DNA of 64,000 nucleotides, taken from positions 144,702-208,701 of the forward strand of contig CAJUGX010000001.1 of the NCBI GenBank assembly GCA_910586385.1, given 5' to 3'. The notes under the pieces were generated by a model. The model was not told the origin of the DNA and searched no databases. It saw nothing but the letters and a program-made list of their open reading frames with translations. Positions within the stretch are counted from its first letter, which is position 1; every line of letters begins with the position of its first letter. The translations under genes were made by a program, and so were the position numbers. This document shows, piece by piece, positions 18,997-26,786 of this stretch. The DNA is from an uncultured Christensenella sp. (GTDB lineage: Bacteria; Bacillota; Clostridia; Christensenellales; UBA1242).

Positions 18997-19956
18997 ATGG
19001 AACAATATGAAATTGATTATATTAAGTCCAACTTGCAATCCTATCTTGAAACAAAAGGAATTAGAACAGACAAATTTTTCACTTGCATAAATCCAGAACA
19101 TTCAGATCAACACCCGTCTATGAAATACTTTGATGACTACAAAATTCACTGTTTTGGTTGTGGCGCAACCTATGATTTGTTTGGTGCAATTGCAGCAATA
19201 GAACATTTGGATCGTAAAGAAGCATTTAAAAAAGCAATTGATTATTATGAGAGAAGGACACTGACACCAGATACAATTATTAAGCAAAAAACAGTAAAAA
19301 ATGAACAAAAACCTGCAAAAAACTATGAAAAAGCATATAAATACTGGCAAAATGCTTTAAAAGACAATTTTGAAGCACAAGAATATTTGCTTTCTCGTGG
19401 TATTGATTTGGCGACTGCAAACCGTTTTGGATTAGGCTTTAATAGCTTTTATTTTGAGAAAACAAATACAAGACTTAATGCGATCACAATCCCCCTTTCA
19501 AAAAATTGTTTTTCTGCAAGAAATATAAATCCAAATGAAGAAATGAGATATTACAAAACAAAAGACAGTGATGTTGATATTTTCAATAAGCAAGCGATGA
19601 CAAACAAGCAACCTATTTGTGCAATAACCGAAGGCGAATTTGATTGTTTAAGTTTTGAAACTTTAAATGTTAATTGTGTTGGGCTTGGAAGTGCCAACAA
19701 TGTAAATCTTTTCATTGAAAGTGAGAAAGACAAAAATAAAACTTTTATTATCGCGCTTGACAATGATGAAGCAGGACAAAAATGGGCACAGAAATTGAAA
19801 GAGTATTTCAAAGAAAACAAAATCAAATTTGCAGAGTTTGACAATTGCGGATACAAAGATCCAAACGAAGCGTTAGTCAAAGATAAAAGTGCTTTTTCAA
19901 AAAGCATTTTTTCTTTAATCAAAAAACTTGAAAAACAAAACAATGCTGAAATGTGA
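18997..19956 (+). CDS. DnaG-like primase (CHC2 zinc finger plus Toprim)
   Basis: CINPEHSDQHPSM...HCFGCGATYD zinc finger. Toprim residues ITEGEFDCLSF and ALDNDEAGQK. Confidence 0.8.
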   Translation: MEQYEIDYIKSNLQSYLETKGIRTDKFFTCINPEHSDQHPSMKYFDDYKIHCFGCGATYDLFGAIAAIEHLDRKEAFKKAIDYYERRTLTPDTIIKQKTVKNEQKPAKNYEKAYKYWQNALKDNFEAQEYLLSRGIDLATANRFGLGFNSFYFEKTNTRLNAITIPLSKNCFSARNINPNEEMRYYKTKDSDVDIFNKQAMTNKQPICAITEGEFDCLSFETLNVNCVGLGSANNVNLFIESEKDKNKTFIIALDNDEAGQKWAQKLKEYFKENKIKFAEFDNCGYKDPNEALVKDKSAFSKSIFSLIKKLEKQNNAEM

Positions 19957-19967
19957 GGAGAAATAAA

Positions 19968-20369
19968 ATGAGCAACTTAGACGAATATATTGACTATAAC
20001 TTTTATTCTTCAACAACGAGAACTCCCGAATATATCTCGTTTGAGAGAAAGTATAGAAACTATATCAAAAAACATTTGCCAGAGAACTATTCAATACACA
20101 AGTTTAATAACAACCACTTTGAATTTAGTTGTGTGATAAAGACAAACAATGAAAAATTCCTTTATATGTCAATCCCTGATGTTAGATATTTTCCTAACGA
20201 GTGGAGAAATAACATTTTGATAAGAACTATGGCACACGATCATGATTGGACTGCTGGTAGCAACAACCGCACTGATTTAGATCATTTCACAGAAGATATA
20301 AAAGAACTAAATGAAAGAGGATATGTTAGTTTTCACTCACGAAAACAAACACATGACTACGAAATGTAA
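19968..20369 (+). CDS. Hypothetical protein
   Basis: ORF track 19953..20369. ATG at 19968 lies 7 nt after GAGGAG. Confidence 0.55.
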   Translation: MSNLDEYIDYNFYSSTTRTPEYISFERKYRNYIKKHLPENYSIHKFNNNHFEFSCVIKTNNEKFLYMSIPDVRYFPNEWRNNILIRTMAHDHDWTAGSNNRTDLDHFTEDIKELNERGYVSFHSRKQTHDYEM

Positions 20370-20384
20370 AAAAGGAAGAAAACT

Positions 20385-21491
20385 ATGCAACAATCAATTT
20401 TTGATTTGTTGGGTAGCGAAGGCGAAAGATTTAAGGCAAAAGAAAGCACTGATTGGAATTGGAGTTTCAAAGATTATCCACAAAGCAACGGACTGAAAGT
20501 ATTTAGTTGTTTTGCTTGTGGTGGTGGCAGCACAATGGGATATAAACTTGCAGGCTTTGATGTTGTTGGCTGTTTGGAAATTGATAAACGCATGAATGAC
20601 CTTTATGTGAAAAATCATAATCCTAAGCATAACTTTGTCATGGATATACGAGATTTTAATAATATCCCAAACAATGAATTGCCACAAGAACTCTTTGAAC
20701 TTGACATCTTGGACGGAAGTCCACCATGCACAACATTCTCTATGGCAGGAAAACGAGAAAAAACTTGGGGAAAGAAAAAGAAATTTCGTGAAGGACAAAA
20801 AGAACAGACTCTTGACGATTTGGCTTTTGTCTTTATTGAAACAGTAAACAAACTTCGCCCCAAGTTTGTTGTCATGGAAAATGTTGAAGGGCTTATGAAC
20901 GGAAATGCTTGGAAGTATGTGCAAAACATATACAAGCACTTTCACGATATTGGCTACAAAGTAAAACACTGGCTTTTAAAAGGCGAACACATGGGGATCC
21001 CCCAGAAGCGCCACAGAGTGTTTTTTGTAGCCACCAGACTTGATTTGGACCTTGATAAGCTCAACATGACATTCAACTATAAACCAATCCCTTTCGGGCA
21101 AATAAAGGCCGATTATGGCTCAAATATGCCTTTATATGACACTTTGCAGAAACTTGTAGTCCATGCAAAATATGGTGATCGAAATTTACAGAACGCTTGC
21201 TTAAAAACACGAGGCAAGAGCTCTTTTTTTAATTACTGTTTTGTGTATGATGAACAAGTCTCCCCAACAATAACCGCCCACTGCAATAATATTCGGTGGG
21301 ATACAAAAACCTTTTTGTCAAAACAAGACATTGTTTCAATCTCAACCTTTCCACAAGACTATAATTTTTTAAGCAAAAGTTTAGACCATGTTTCCTATGT
21401 GTGCGGAATGAGTGTTCCGCCCGTCATGATTAAAAGAGTTGCTGAAAGAATTTATCAACTTTTGAGAGGTGAAAATGAGCGAACTATCTGA
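20385..21491 (+). CDS. dcm: DNA (cytosine-5) methyltransferase, orphan
   Basis: Motif I FSCFACGGGSTMGY, motif IV GSPPCTTFS, motif VI ENV, QKRHRVFF, GMSVPP. No adjacent endonuclease-like gene. Confidence 0.85.
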   Translation: MQQSIFDLLGSEGERFKAKESTDWNWSFKDYPQSNGLKVFSCFACGGGSTMGYKLAGFDVVGCLEIDKRMNDLYVKNHNPKHNFVMDIRDFNNIPNNELPQELFELDILDGSPPCTTFSMAGKREKTWGKKKKFREGQKEQTLDDLAFVFIETVNKLRPKFVVMENVEGLMNGNAWKYVQNIYKHFHDIGYKVKHWLLKGEHMGIPQKRHRVFFVATRLDLDLDKLNMTFNYKPIPFGQIKADYGSNMPLYDTLQKLVVHAKYGDRNLQNACLKTRGKSSFFNYCFVYDEQVSPTITAHCNNIRWDTKTFLSKQDIVSISTFPQDYNFLSKSLDHVSYVCGMSVPPVMIKRVAERIYQLLRGENERTI

Positions 21492-21870
21492 CAAAAGAAA
21501 CTTAATACGAAAACTAAAAGAAATAAAAGAAAATCTCTCTTACGATTATCAAAAAAACTATTCAGACATCTGGGACACTTGTGCCGACTTTGAAAACGAA
21601 TATGGTGGCATTTATTTGTGCGACCATATCCACGATTTTGGCTTACTTGATGAAGATGATACGCAATATTGGCTTGAACAAAATAACAACGATCTTGACA
21701 GACTGCGTTATTTCATTGGCGACACTTATTCGTCTGATATGTATAGGCTAAACGCCTATGGCAATTTAGAAAATATTGGCATTGAAGATTTTAAAGATTT
21801 GTGCGATGAACTGATTGATGTTGTAAGAGATGACTTAAAGAGTTTGAAATTAGCAGAAAATGTGAGGTAA
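21475..21870 (+). CDS. Acidic hypothetical protein
   Basis: ORF track 21469 (GTG). The ATG at 21475 lies 5 nt after GAGAGG. Confidence 0.55.
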   Translation: MSELSDKRNLIRKLKEIKENLSYDYQKNYSDIWDTCADFENEYGGIYLCDHIHDFGLLDEDDTQYWLEQNNNDLDRLRYFIGDTYSSDMYRLNAYGNLENIGIEDFKDLCDELIDVVRDDLKSLKLAENVR

Positions 21871-21872
21871 AT

Positions 21873-22550
21873 ATGGAAAATGAATTTGTAGAACAATATG
21901 ACGAAAATCAAATTAGACAATTTTTTAAGGCTTGCGAAGGCCACAAATATGAGTGCTTTTATAAAATGATATTTGCTTACAGACTTTCAAGATTGGAACT
22001 TATGAACATGAAATGGAGTGATATTGATTTTGTTAAAAATACAATCACTATACATCATATTTCACGAAATGGTGTAGATGATTATCATGCTTATTACACT
22101 CATTTGAAAAGAGATGAAGAATTTGCACGCACTTATCCCCTTTTGCCACACATTAAAGATTTGCTGATAAATGAGCAACAAAAACAACTCCAAAACTCTA
22201 TAAGCTGCACTGACTACGATTTCAGCAATAGAGATTATCTTTGTGTAAGAGAAAATGGCAAAATGATGAACGCCAGAACACTGAGCAGAAACATCAAATA
22301 TATCACAAGAGATCACAATCTTCCAGAGTGTTTAATTACAGGAATTAAAGACAGCGCAAGTGAATATCTTTTTGTTCGTGCTGAAAATGCCAACCTTTTC
22401 AGATGTTGGACAAGATTTGATTTCAATATTAGACGTATGAACATTTATGGAGATTATAATCTTCGCAGAAATCAAAAATGGCAAAAACTATTAAATAGCA
22501 TGATTGATCAATCCTCATCAAGACAGAGAACAGAACAAAGTGAAATGTGA
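21873..22550 (+). CDS. Degenerate tyrosine-recombinase-like protein (catalytic C-terminal motifs not recognisable)
   Basis: FAYRLSRLELMNMKWSDIDFVKNTITI matches the Arg-I box region of integrases. No HxLRH box or terminal LGH...Y motif could be found. Confidence 0.5.
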   Translation: MENEFVEQYDENQIRQFFKACEGHKYECFYKMIFAYRLSRLELMNMKWSDIDFVKNTITIHHISRNGVDDYHAYYTHLKRDEEFARTYPLLPHIKDLLINEQQKQLQNSISCTDYDFSNRDYLCVRENGKMMNARTLSRNIKYITRDHNLPECLITGIKDSASEYLFVRAENANLFRCWTRFDFNIRRMNIYGDYNLRRNQKWQKLLNSMIDQSSSRQRTEQSEM

Positions 22551-22558
22551 GGTTAGAA

Positions 22559-22771
22559 ATGAACAGACTTTTGGAACTTTCAGCAGTCATGTTTAAGGAA
22601 TATCCAGACTGCGTGAATATGAAACAATTACAAGAAATGCTTGGAATAAAACGAACGAAAACTTATGAATTACTACAAAATGGCGAAATTAAAGCAAAAA
22701 AGATAGGCAAAGACTACAAGATACCTAAGTATAATGTGCTTGCCTATCTTTTTAATGAGGAACAATTATGA
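22559..22771 (+). CDS. xis: Excisionase/HTH DNA-binding protein
   Basis: ORF track 22547 (GTG). ATG at 22559 follows GAGG. MKQLQEMLGIKRTKTYELLQNGEIKAKKIGKDYKIPK. ATGA overlap with int. Confidence 0.65.
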   Translation: MNRLLELSAVMFKEYPDCVNMKQLQEMLGIKRTKTYELLQNGEIKAKKIGKDYKIPKYNVLAYLFNEEQL

Positions 22772-24045
22772 CAGGTAAAACGGAAGTTATCAATGGAATC
22801 TACTATTTGACAATTTACTACAAAGACTCTCTCAACCGCCACAGAAGAACAAGAATTAAAACTGACTTGCCAGAACGCGGAAATAAGAAAGCTGCTGAAA
22901 AACTCTTGAAAGAAAAACTGGAAAACTTTGATATTGCAGAATACGAAAGTGTTTCAGATGAAAGAATAGTTAATAAAAATATAATCTTTATTGATTATAT
23001 TGAACAATATGTTTTAGATAAGAAGAAAGAGTTAAGTCCAGCAGCATATTATTCTTACGAAAACCGCGTGAAAACCATAAAAGAATATTTTGGAAATAAA
23101 TTGTTGTTGAAAGATGTGACCTATCATCATATTGAAGATTTCTATGATTATCTTAGAAATGAACGCGGAAACACTAACACAACAATAAAACATTATGCTG
23201 TCATTTTATCGCCAGCATTACGAAAAGCATATAGAGATGACTTGATCCCCAAAAATCCCTACGAATTTATGCCAAAACTTAAAAGAGAAAAACACAAAAC
23301 AGAGTTTTATAACAAAGAAGAGTTAGAAACTCTTTTTTCTTTTACTGATAAAACCCGATTGGGACTTATTGTCCGAGTGGCTGCTTTTTATGGATTTAGG
23401 CGAAGTGAATTGTTGGGATTAAAATGGAAGTCTATTGATTTCAAAAAGAAAATCATAACTGTTGAAAACAAAATCATAAGAATAAACGGACAACTTTATC
23501 AGTCTGAAAAACTTAAAACAGACGCAAGTTTAAGATCTTTGCCATTATTGCCCAAAATTGAAGAATTGCTTTTAAAACGCAAAGAAGAAATTGAATGCAA
23601 TAAAAAGCTCTATGGCAAATCTTATATCCACAACTTTGATGAATATGTTTTTGTTGACGATTACGGAGACATTATCTTCCCCGATTGGGTATCAAATAAT
23701 TTCAGATTGTTGTTAAAGAGAAACAATCTTAAACACATTCGCTTTCACGACTTGCGACATAGCTGCGCCAGCCTTTTGCTTGCAAATAATGTGCCGATGA
23801 AGAATATCCAAGAATGGCTTGGACACGCCAATTACAGCACAACTGCCGATGTCTATTCTCACTTGGACTTTTCATCTAAAATCAGATCTGGGGATATTAT
23901 TGGAACACAACTTTCAGAATATGATTATAAAGACGCTTTAAGCAAGAAAGATTTGGAACTTGAAATAAAGAGATTAAACCGCTTGCTTGAAGAAAAACAA
24001 GCACTTTTAAACAAGAAAAAAATTGCCGACAGCGGAATGGGATAA
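22768..24045 (+). CDS. int: Tyrosine site-specific integrase
   Basis: FYGFRRSELLGLKWKSIDF, HDLRHSCASLLL, LGHANYSTTADVYSHL. Confidence 0.9.
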   Translation: MTGKTEVINGIYYLTIYYKDSLNRHRRTRIKTDLPERGNKKAAEKLLKEKLENFDIAEYESVSDERIVNKNIIFIDYIEQYVLDKKKELSPAAYYSYENRVKTIKEYFGNKLLLKDVTYHHIEDFYDYLRNERGNTNTTIKHYAVILSPALRKAYRDDLIPKNPYEFMPKLKREKHKTEFYNKEELETLFSFTDKTRLGLIVRVAAFYGFRRSELLGLKWKSIDFKKKIITVENKIIRINGQLYQSEKLKTDASLRSLPLLPKIEELLLKRKEEIECNKKLYGKSYIHNFDEYVFVDDYGDIIFPDWVSNNFRLLLKRNNLKHIRFHDLRHSCASLLLANNVPMKNIQEWLGHANYSTTADVYSHLDFSSKIRSGDIIGTQLSEYDYKDALSKKDLELEIKRLNRLLEEKQALLNKKKIADSGMG

Positions 24046-24052
24046 CGCCAAT

Positions 24053-24073
24053 TTGCAAAAATCTTGCAAAAAT
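24053..24073. repeat. Direct repeat TTGCAAAAAT x2 (1-nt spacer)
   Basis: Read directly, just after the int stop codon. Confidence 0.7.
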
Positions 24074-24136
24074 AACACCATACGATACAATACGAAATTG
24101 TCCGAAATTAAACGGAATTAAGCCACTTTTTTGCAG

Positions 24137-24169
24137 AAATTCGTCACAAATTCGTCACAAATTCGTCAC
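24137..24169. repeat. Perfect tandem repeat AAATTCGTCAC x3; candidate integrase arm-type sites
   Basis: Three contiguous identical 11-bp units between int and the tRNA. Confidence 0.8.
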
Positions 24170-24226
24170 AAAGCCCACTTTTGCTTGCTTTTTTCAGAAA
24201 AAATCGTTAAATTTGGCTATCAAAAA

Positions 24227-24280
24227 TCGAACCCCCTCACTAAAAAATTTTGCGTTAAGGGGTTCGAGTGGGGGTTCGAG
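24227..24280. repeat. Three copies of GGGGGTTCGA (one inverted), resembling a tRNA T-stem/T-loop
   Basis: 24227-24236 TCGAACCCCC (inverted copy), 24259-24268 and 24271-24280 GGGGTTCGAG. Confidence 0.6.
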
Positions 24281-24284
24281 AGAG

Positions 24285-24318
24285 ATAAAAAATGTAGCGA
24301 TTGTCAAAATCGCTACAT
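24285..24318 (-). terminator. Rho-independent terminator downstream of the tRNA
   Basis: Perfect 11-bp stem ATGTAGCGATT-gtcaa-AATCGCTACAT. On the minus strand it is followed by a T-run. Confidence 0.7.
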
Positions 24319-24343
24319 GTCCCTAAAATAAAGGGATTTAAGG

Positions 24344-24418
24344 TGGTGCTCCCGTCAGGATTTGAACCCGAGACCTTCGTTCCGAAGACGAATGTGATAT
24401 CCATTTCACTACGGGAGC
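24344..24418 (-). tRNA. tRNA-Arg (anticodon UCG)
   Basis: Hand-folded 75-nt cloverleaf: acceptor GCTCCCG/CGGGAGC, D arm GTGA-AATGGATA-TCAC, anticodon stem TTCGT/ACGAA with loop CTTCGGA, T arm TCGGG-TTCAAAT-CCTGA, encoded CCA. Confidence 0.85.
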
Positions 24419-24448
24419 ATATTAAATTTTCGGAATTTTTGAAAAGGG

Positions 24449-24511
24449 AGCTCTCAAACCCCCGCACAGTCTCTCCGAAGACCATTGTGCTATCCATTAC
24501 ACCACGAGAGC
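24449..24511 (-). pseudogene. Truncated tRNA-like sequence (paralog of the adjacent tRNA-Arg 5' half; no T arm)
   Basis: The 5' 38 nt, including loop CTTCGGA, match tRNA-Arg at 32/38 positions. The anticodon stem cannot pair canonically. Only ~63 nt lie between the acceptor halves GCTCTCG/TGAGAGC. No CCA. Confidence 0.5.
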
Positions 24512-24672
24512 ATTTTGACTTGCTTTCATTTTAACATTGCCAAGCCTTAAAGTCAAATTGAAAGGACATGTTGTCCAAATCTCTTCCCTATTATATATAT
24601 TTGAAGAAAAAGTGTCGTTTGCTTGATTTTTTTGCGTTTTAATACTAAAATAAAGTTGATTAGGAGTTTTAT

Positions 24673-26676
24673 ATGAAGAAAAAACTTAAACCATTTCTTA
24701 TTGCACTCGTTATTTTGGTCATCATTGGCTATGCTGGCGGATCAGCTCTTGCATACTTCCTTGATGGACAATATAATGAAATAACTGAAGCGATTAGATC
24801 TGATTGGTCGTTTATTGGTGCGGCTCTTGGCGTTGTTCTTGCTATCGTGTATGCTGTTATGTCAAAACCTAAAAAGAAAGAAGCAGTAAAAGACAAGGGA
24901 AAAACTGCTGCCGGCGACGAAATGAAATTGTCTTATGACTCTAAGTGGCTCGAACCAAAAAATTTTGACAAAGAATTTGGGCTTATCCTGACAAACTGGG
25001 CAAACCTCCCTTCTGTCAAAAACACGGGTATCGTTTTCAGAAACACAATTGAGAATGGAAAATACCAAATCGCAATGAAAGACGAATATCACTGCCTGAT
25101 TATAGGAACAACCGCATCTGGTAAAACTTCTTTTTGTATCATTCCAACAATCAGAATTTTGGCACACTCTGGTGAAAAGCCACATATGGTTGTCGCAGAC
25201 CCAAAAGGAGAACTTTGGGAAAAGACGAGTAAGATTATGGAAGATGAGGGGTATCGTGTATTAACCCTTGATTTGAGAGATCCATTTTCTTCAACCAGAT
25301 GGAATCCAATGGAACATGCATTTGATGTTTATCACAAGGGTAAAAACTGCAAAAACACAGTGAAAAAATGTTCAAACGGAACAAAACCAAAGGATGCCGG
25401 ATTTAAGGAACTTCCTGGAGTCAAATATGGTGCAGAATGGTTTGGGTTTGAAGGAGTTGCTTATCCAGACGAAGAACAACTTAGAGTGGCAGTTTCAAGC
25501 GCAGAACAAGTTTATGTTGACTTGGCGCAAAACGAACTTAAAGAAGTGTGCAACACTGTTGCTCCAAAGTCTAAAAACTCAAGCGACCCAACTTGGGAAG
25601 AAGGTGCTCAGGATTATCTCTATGGATGCGCCCTTGCAATGCTTGAGGATAGTTTGAATCCAGAACTTGGCATGACAAGAGAAAGATTCAACTTCTACAA
25701 CCTTTATAAGATTGCAACATTCCGTGATCCAGATGCTGACGCACCATTTGAAACAGTAAGAAAATATCTTCTTCAAGGTCGTGACGACGCAACATCCAAT
25801 GTTCCAAATTTGACATCTGCAGTTATCAACAATGCCCCAAACACCACAAAATCATACATTGGTGTATTGAATGGTAAGATTTCATTTATGAACGATATTG
25901 GTATCTCATACTTGACCTCACAAAGTGACATAGATTTTGAAGATTTCACAAGCAAACCAACAATTCTTTATCTCGTCATCCCAGACGATAGAGAAGAACG
26001 ACACAACCTTGCAATCTTGTGTATTTCTCAACTTTATAAACGTTTGGTTGACAAAGCAAATTCATATCCTGGACAAAAGTTGCCACAACACGTATACTTC
26101 ATCTTGGATGAATTTGGTAATATTCCTCCAATTCCAAAATTTGACAGTATGATCACCGTATCTCGTGGAAGAAACATTCTTTATGAAATGGTTGTCCAAT
26201 CTTATACTCAGATTGAAACAAAATATGGTCAAGAAGCAGCAAAAACAATCATCGGAAACTGCAATGCTCAAATATTTATTGGATGTGATGACCAACCAAC
26301 TCTTGAGGCATTTTCAAAGAAGTGCGGTGATGTTCAGTTGACTCACGAAGAGACAAACACCTCTGTTTCCAAGAGTGACAAAGACAAAGACGGAAAGCAG
26401 ACCAGCACAAGCACCCAGCTTCAAAGAACAACCCGTCCACTTATCACACCTTACGAACTTGGTCAGATTCCATTTGGAACTGTCGTTGTAAAACTTTTCA
26501 GATACAACCCAATCCAGATGAAACTTACTCGAAACGACCAAGTACCAATGTTCTATGTAAAACTTGCTCGTAAGGAAATTGGACAGACTAAGAGTCTTGA
26601 CACTGCAGCAGTTTATTATGATATCAAGATGAGAAACAAAAAGATTTTGAAGCAAACAAGTCCATTCAATTTCTAA
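24673..26676 (+). CDS. virD4: Second type IV coupling protein (VirD4/TraG family), orphan
   Basis: Walker A LIIGTTASGKTS, Walker B VYFILDEFGNIP. Collinear motif similarity with 3264..5453 (DPKGEL, LDLR.P, RWNP, VVQSY.Q, FSKKCG). Confidence 0.85.
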   Translation: MKKKLKPFLIALVILVIIGYAGGSALAYFLDGQYNEITEAIRSDWSFIGAALGVVLAIVYAVMSKPKKKEAVKDKGKTAAGDEMKLSYDSKWLEPKNFDKEFGLILTNWANLPSVKNTGIVFRNTIENGKYQIAMKDEYHCLIIGTTASGKTSFCIIPTIRILAHSGEKPHMVVADPKGELWEKTSKIMEDEGYRVLTLDLRDPFSSTRWNPMEHAFDVYHKGKNCKNTVKKCSNGTKPKDAGFKELPGVKYGAEWFGFEGVAYPDEEQLRVAVSSAEQVYVDLAQNELKEVCNTVAPKSKNSSDPTWEEGAQDYLYGCALAMLEDSLNPELGMTRERFNFYNLYKIATFRDPDADAPFETVRKYLLQGRDDATSNVPNLTSAVINNAPNTTKSYIGVLNGKISFMNDIGISYLTSQSDIDFEDFTSKPTILYLVIPDDREERHNLAILCISQLYKRLVDKANSYPGQKLPQHVYFILDEFGNIPPIPKFDSMITVSRGRNILYEMVVQSYTQIETKYGQEAAKTIIGNCNAQIFIGCDDQPTLEAFSKKCGDVQLTHEETNTSVSKSDKDKDGKQTSTSTQLQRTTRPLITPYELGQIPFGTVVVKLFRYNPIQMKLTRNDQVPMFYVKLARKEIGQTKSLDTAAVYYDIKMRNKKILKQTSPFNF

Positions 26677-26707
26677 ACTTCTTGTCAGATCAATTTCAAA
26701 CTTTCAA

Positions 26708-26732
26708 AGAGGTCCTTTTGGTCCTCTTTTTT
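26708..26732 (+). terminator. Rho-independent terminator
   Basis: AGAGGtCC-tttt-GGtCCTCT hairpin followed by a T-run. Confidence 0.6.
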
Positions 26733-26786
26733 GTCTAACCTCTCTCCCAAAGTCACACACAGCATACAATTTTCATAAAAGAATAT

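Larger units (their letters stand above)
1..24343. mobile_element. Integrative conjugative element (at least its right ~24 kb): regulators, relaxase, T4CP, adhesin, T4SS, accessory block, xis, tyrosine integrase. Abuts tRNA-Arg.
   Basis: Gene content and order (features below). All genes are on the + strand with tight or overlapping junctions. The integrase is the last gene, ~300 bp from the tRNA 3' end, with short direct repeats in between. The left boundary was not identified and may lie outside the window. Confidence 0.75.

Noticed and set aside
20474-20482. Perfect DnaA-box string TTATCCACA
   Set aside because: It is a single copy inside the methyltransferase coding sequence. There is no cluster, no AT-rich unwinding element and no dnaA nearby, so it is not an origin.
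24131-24534. ORFs 24131..24331, 24255..24497 and 24301..24534
   Set aside because: They run through tandem repeats, a terminator hairpin and the tRNA sequences. They lack an SD and are spurious.
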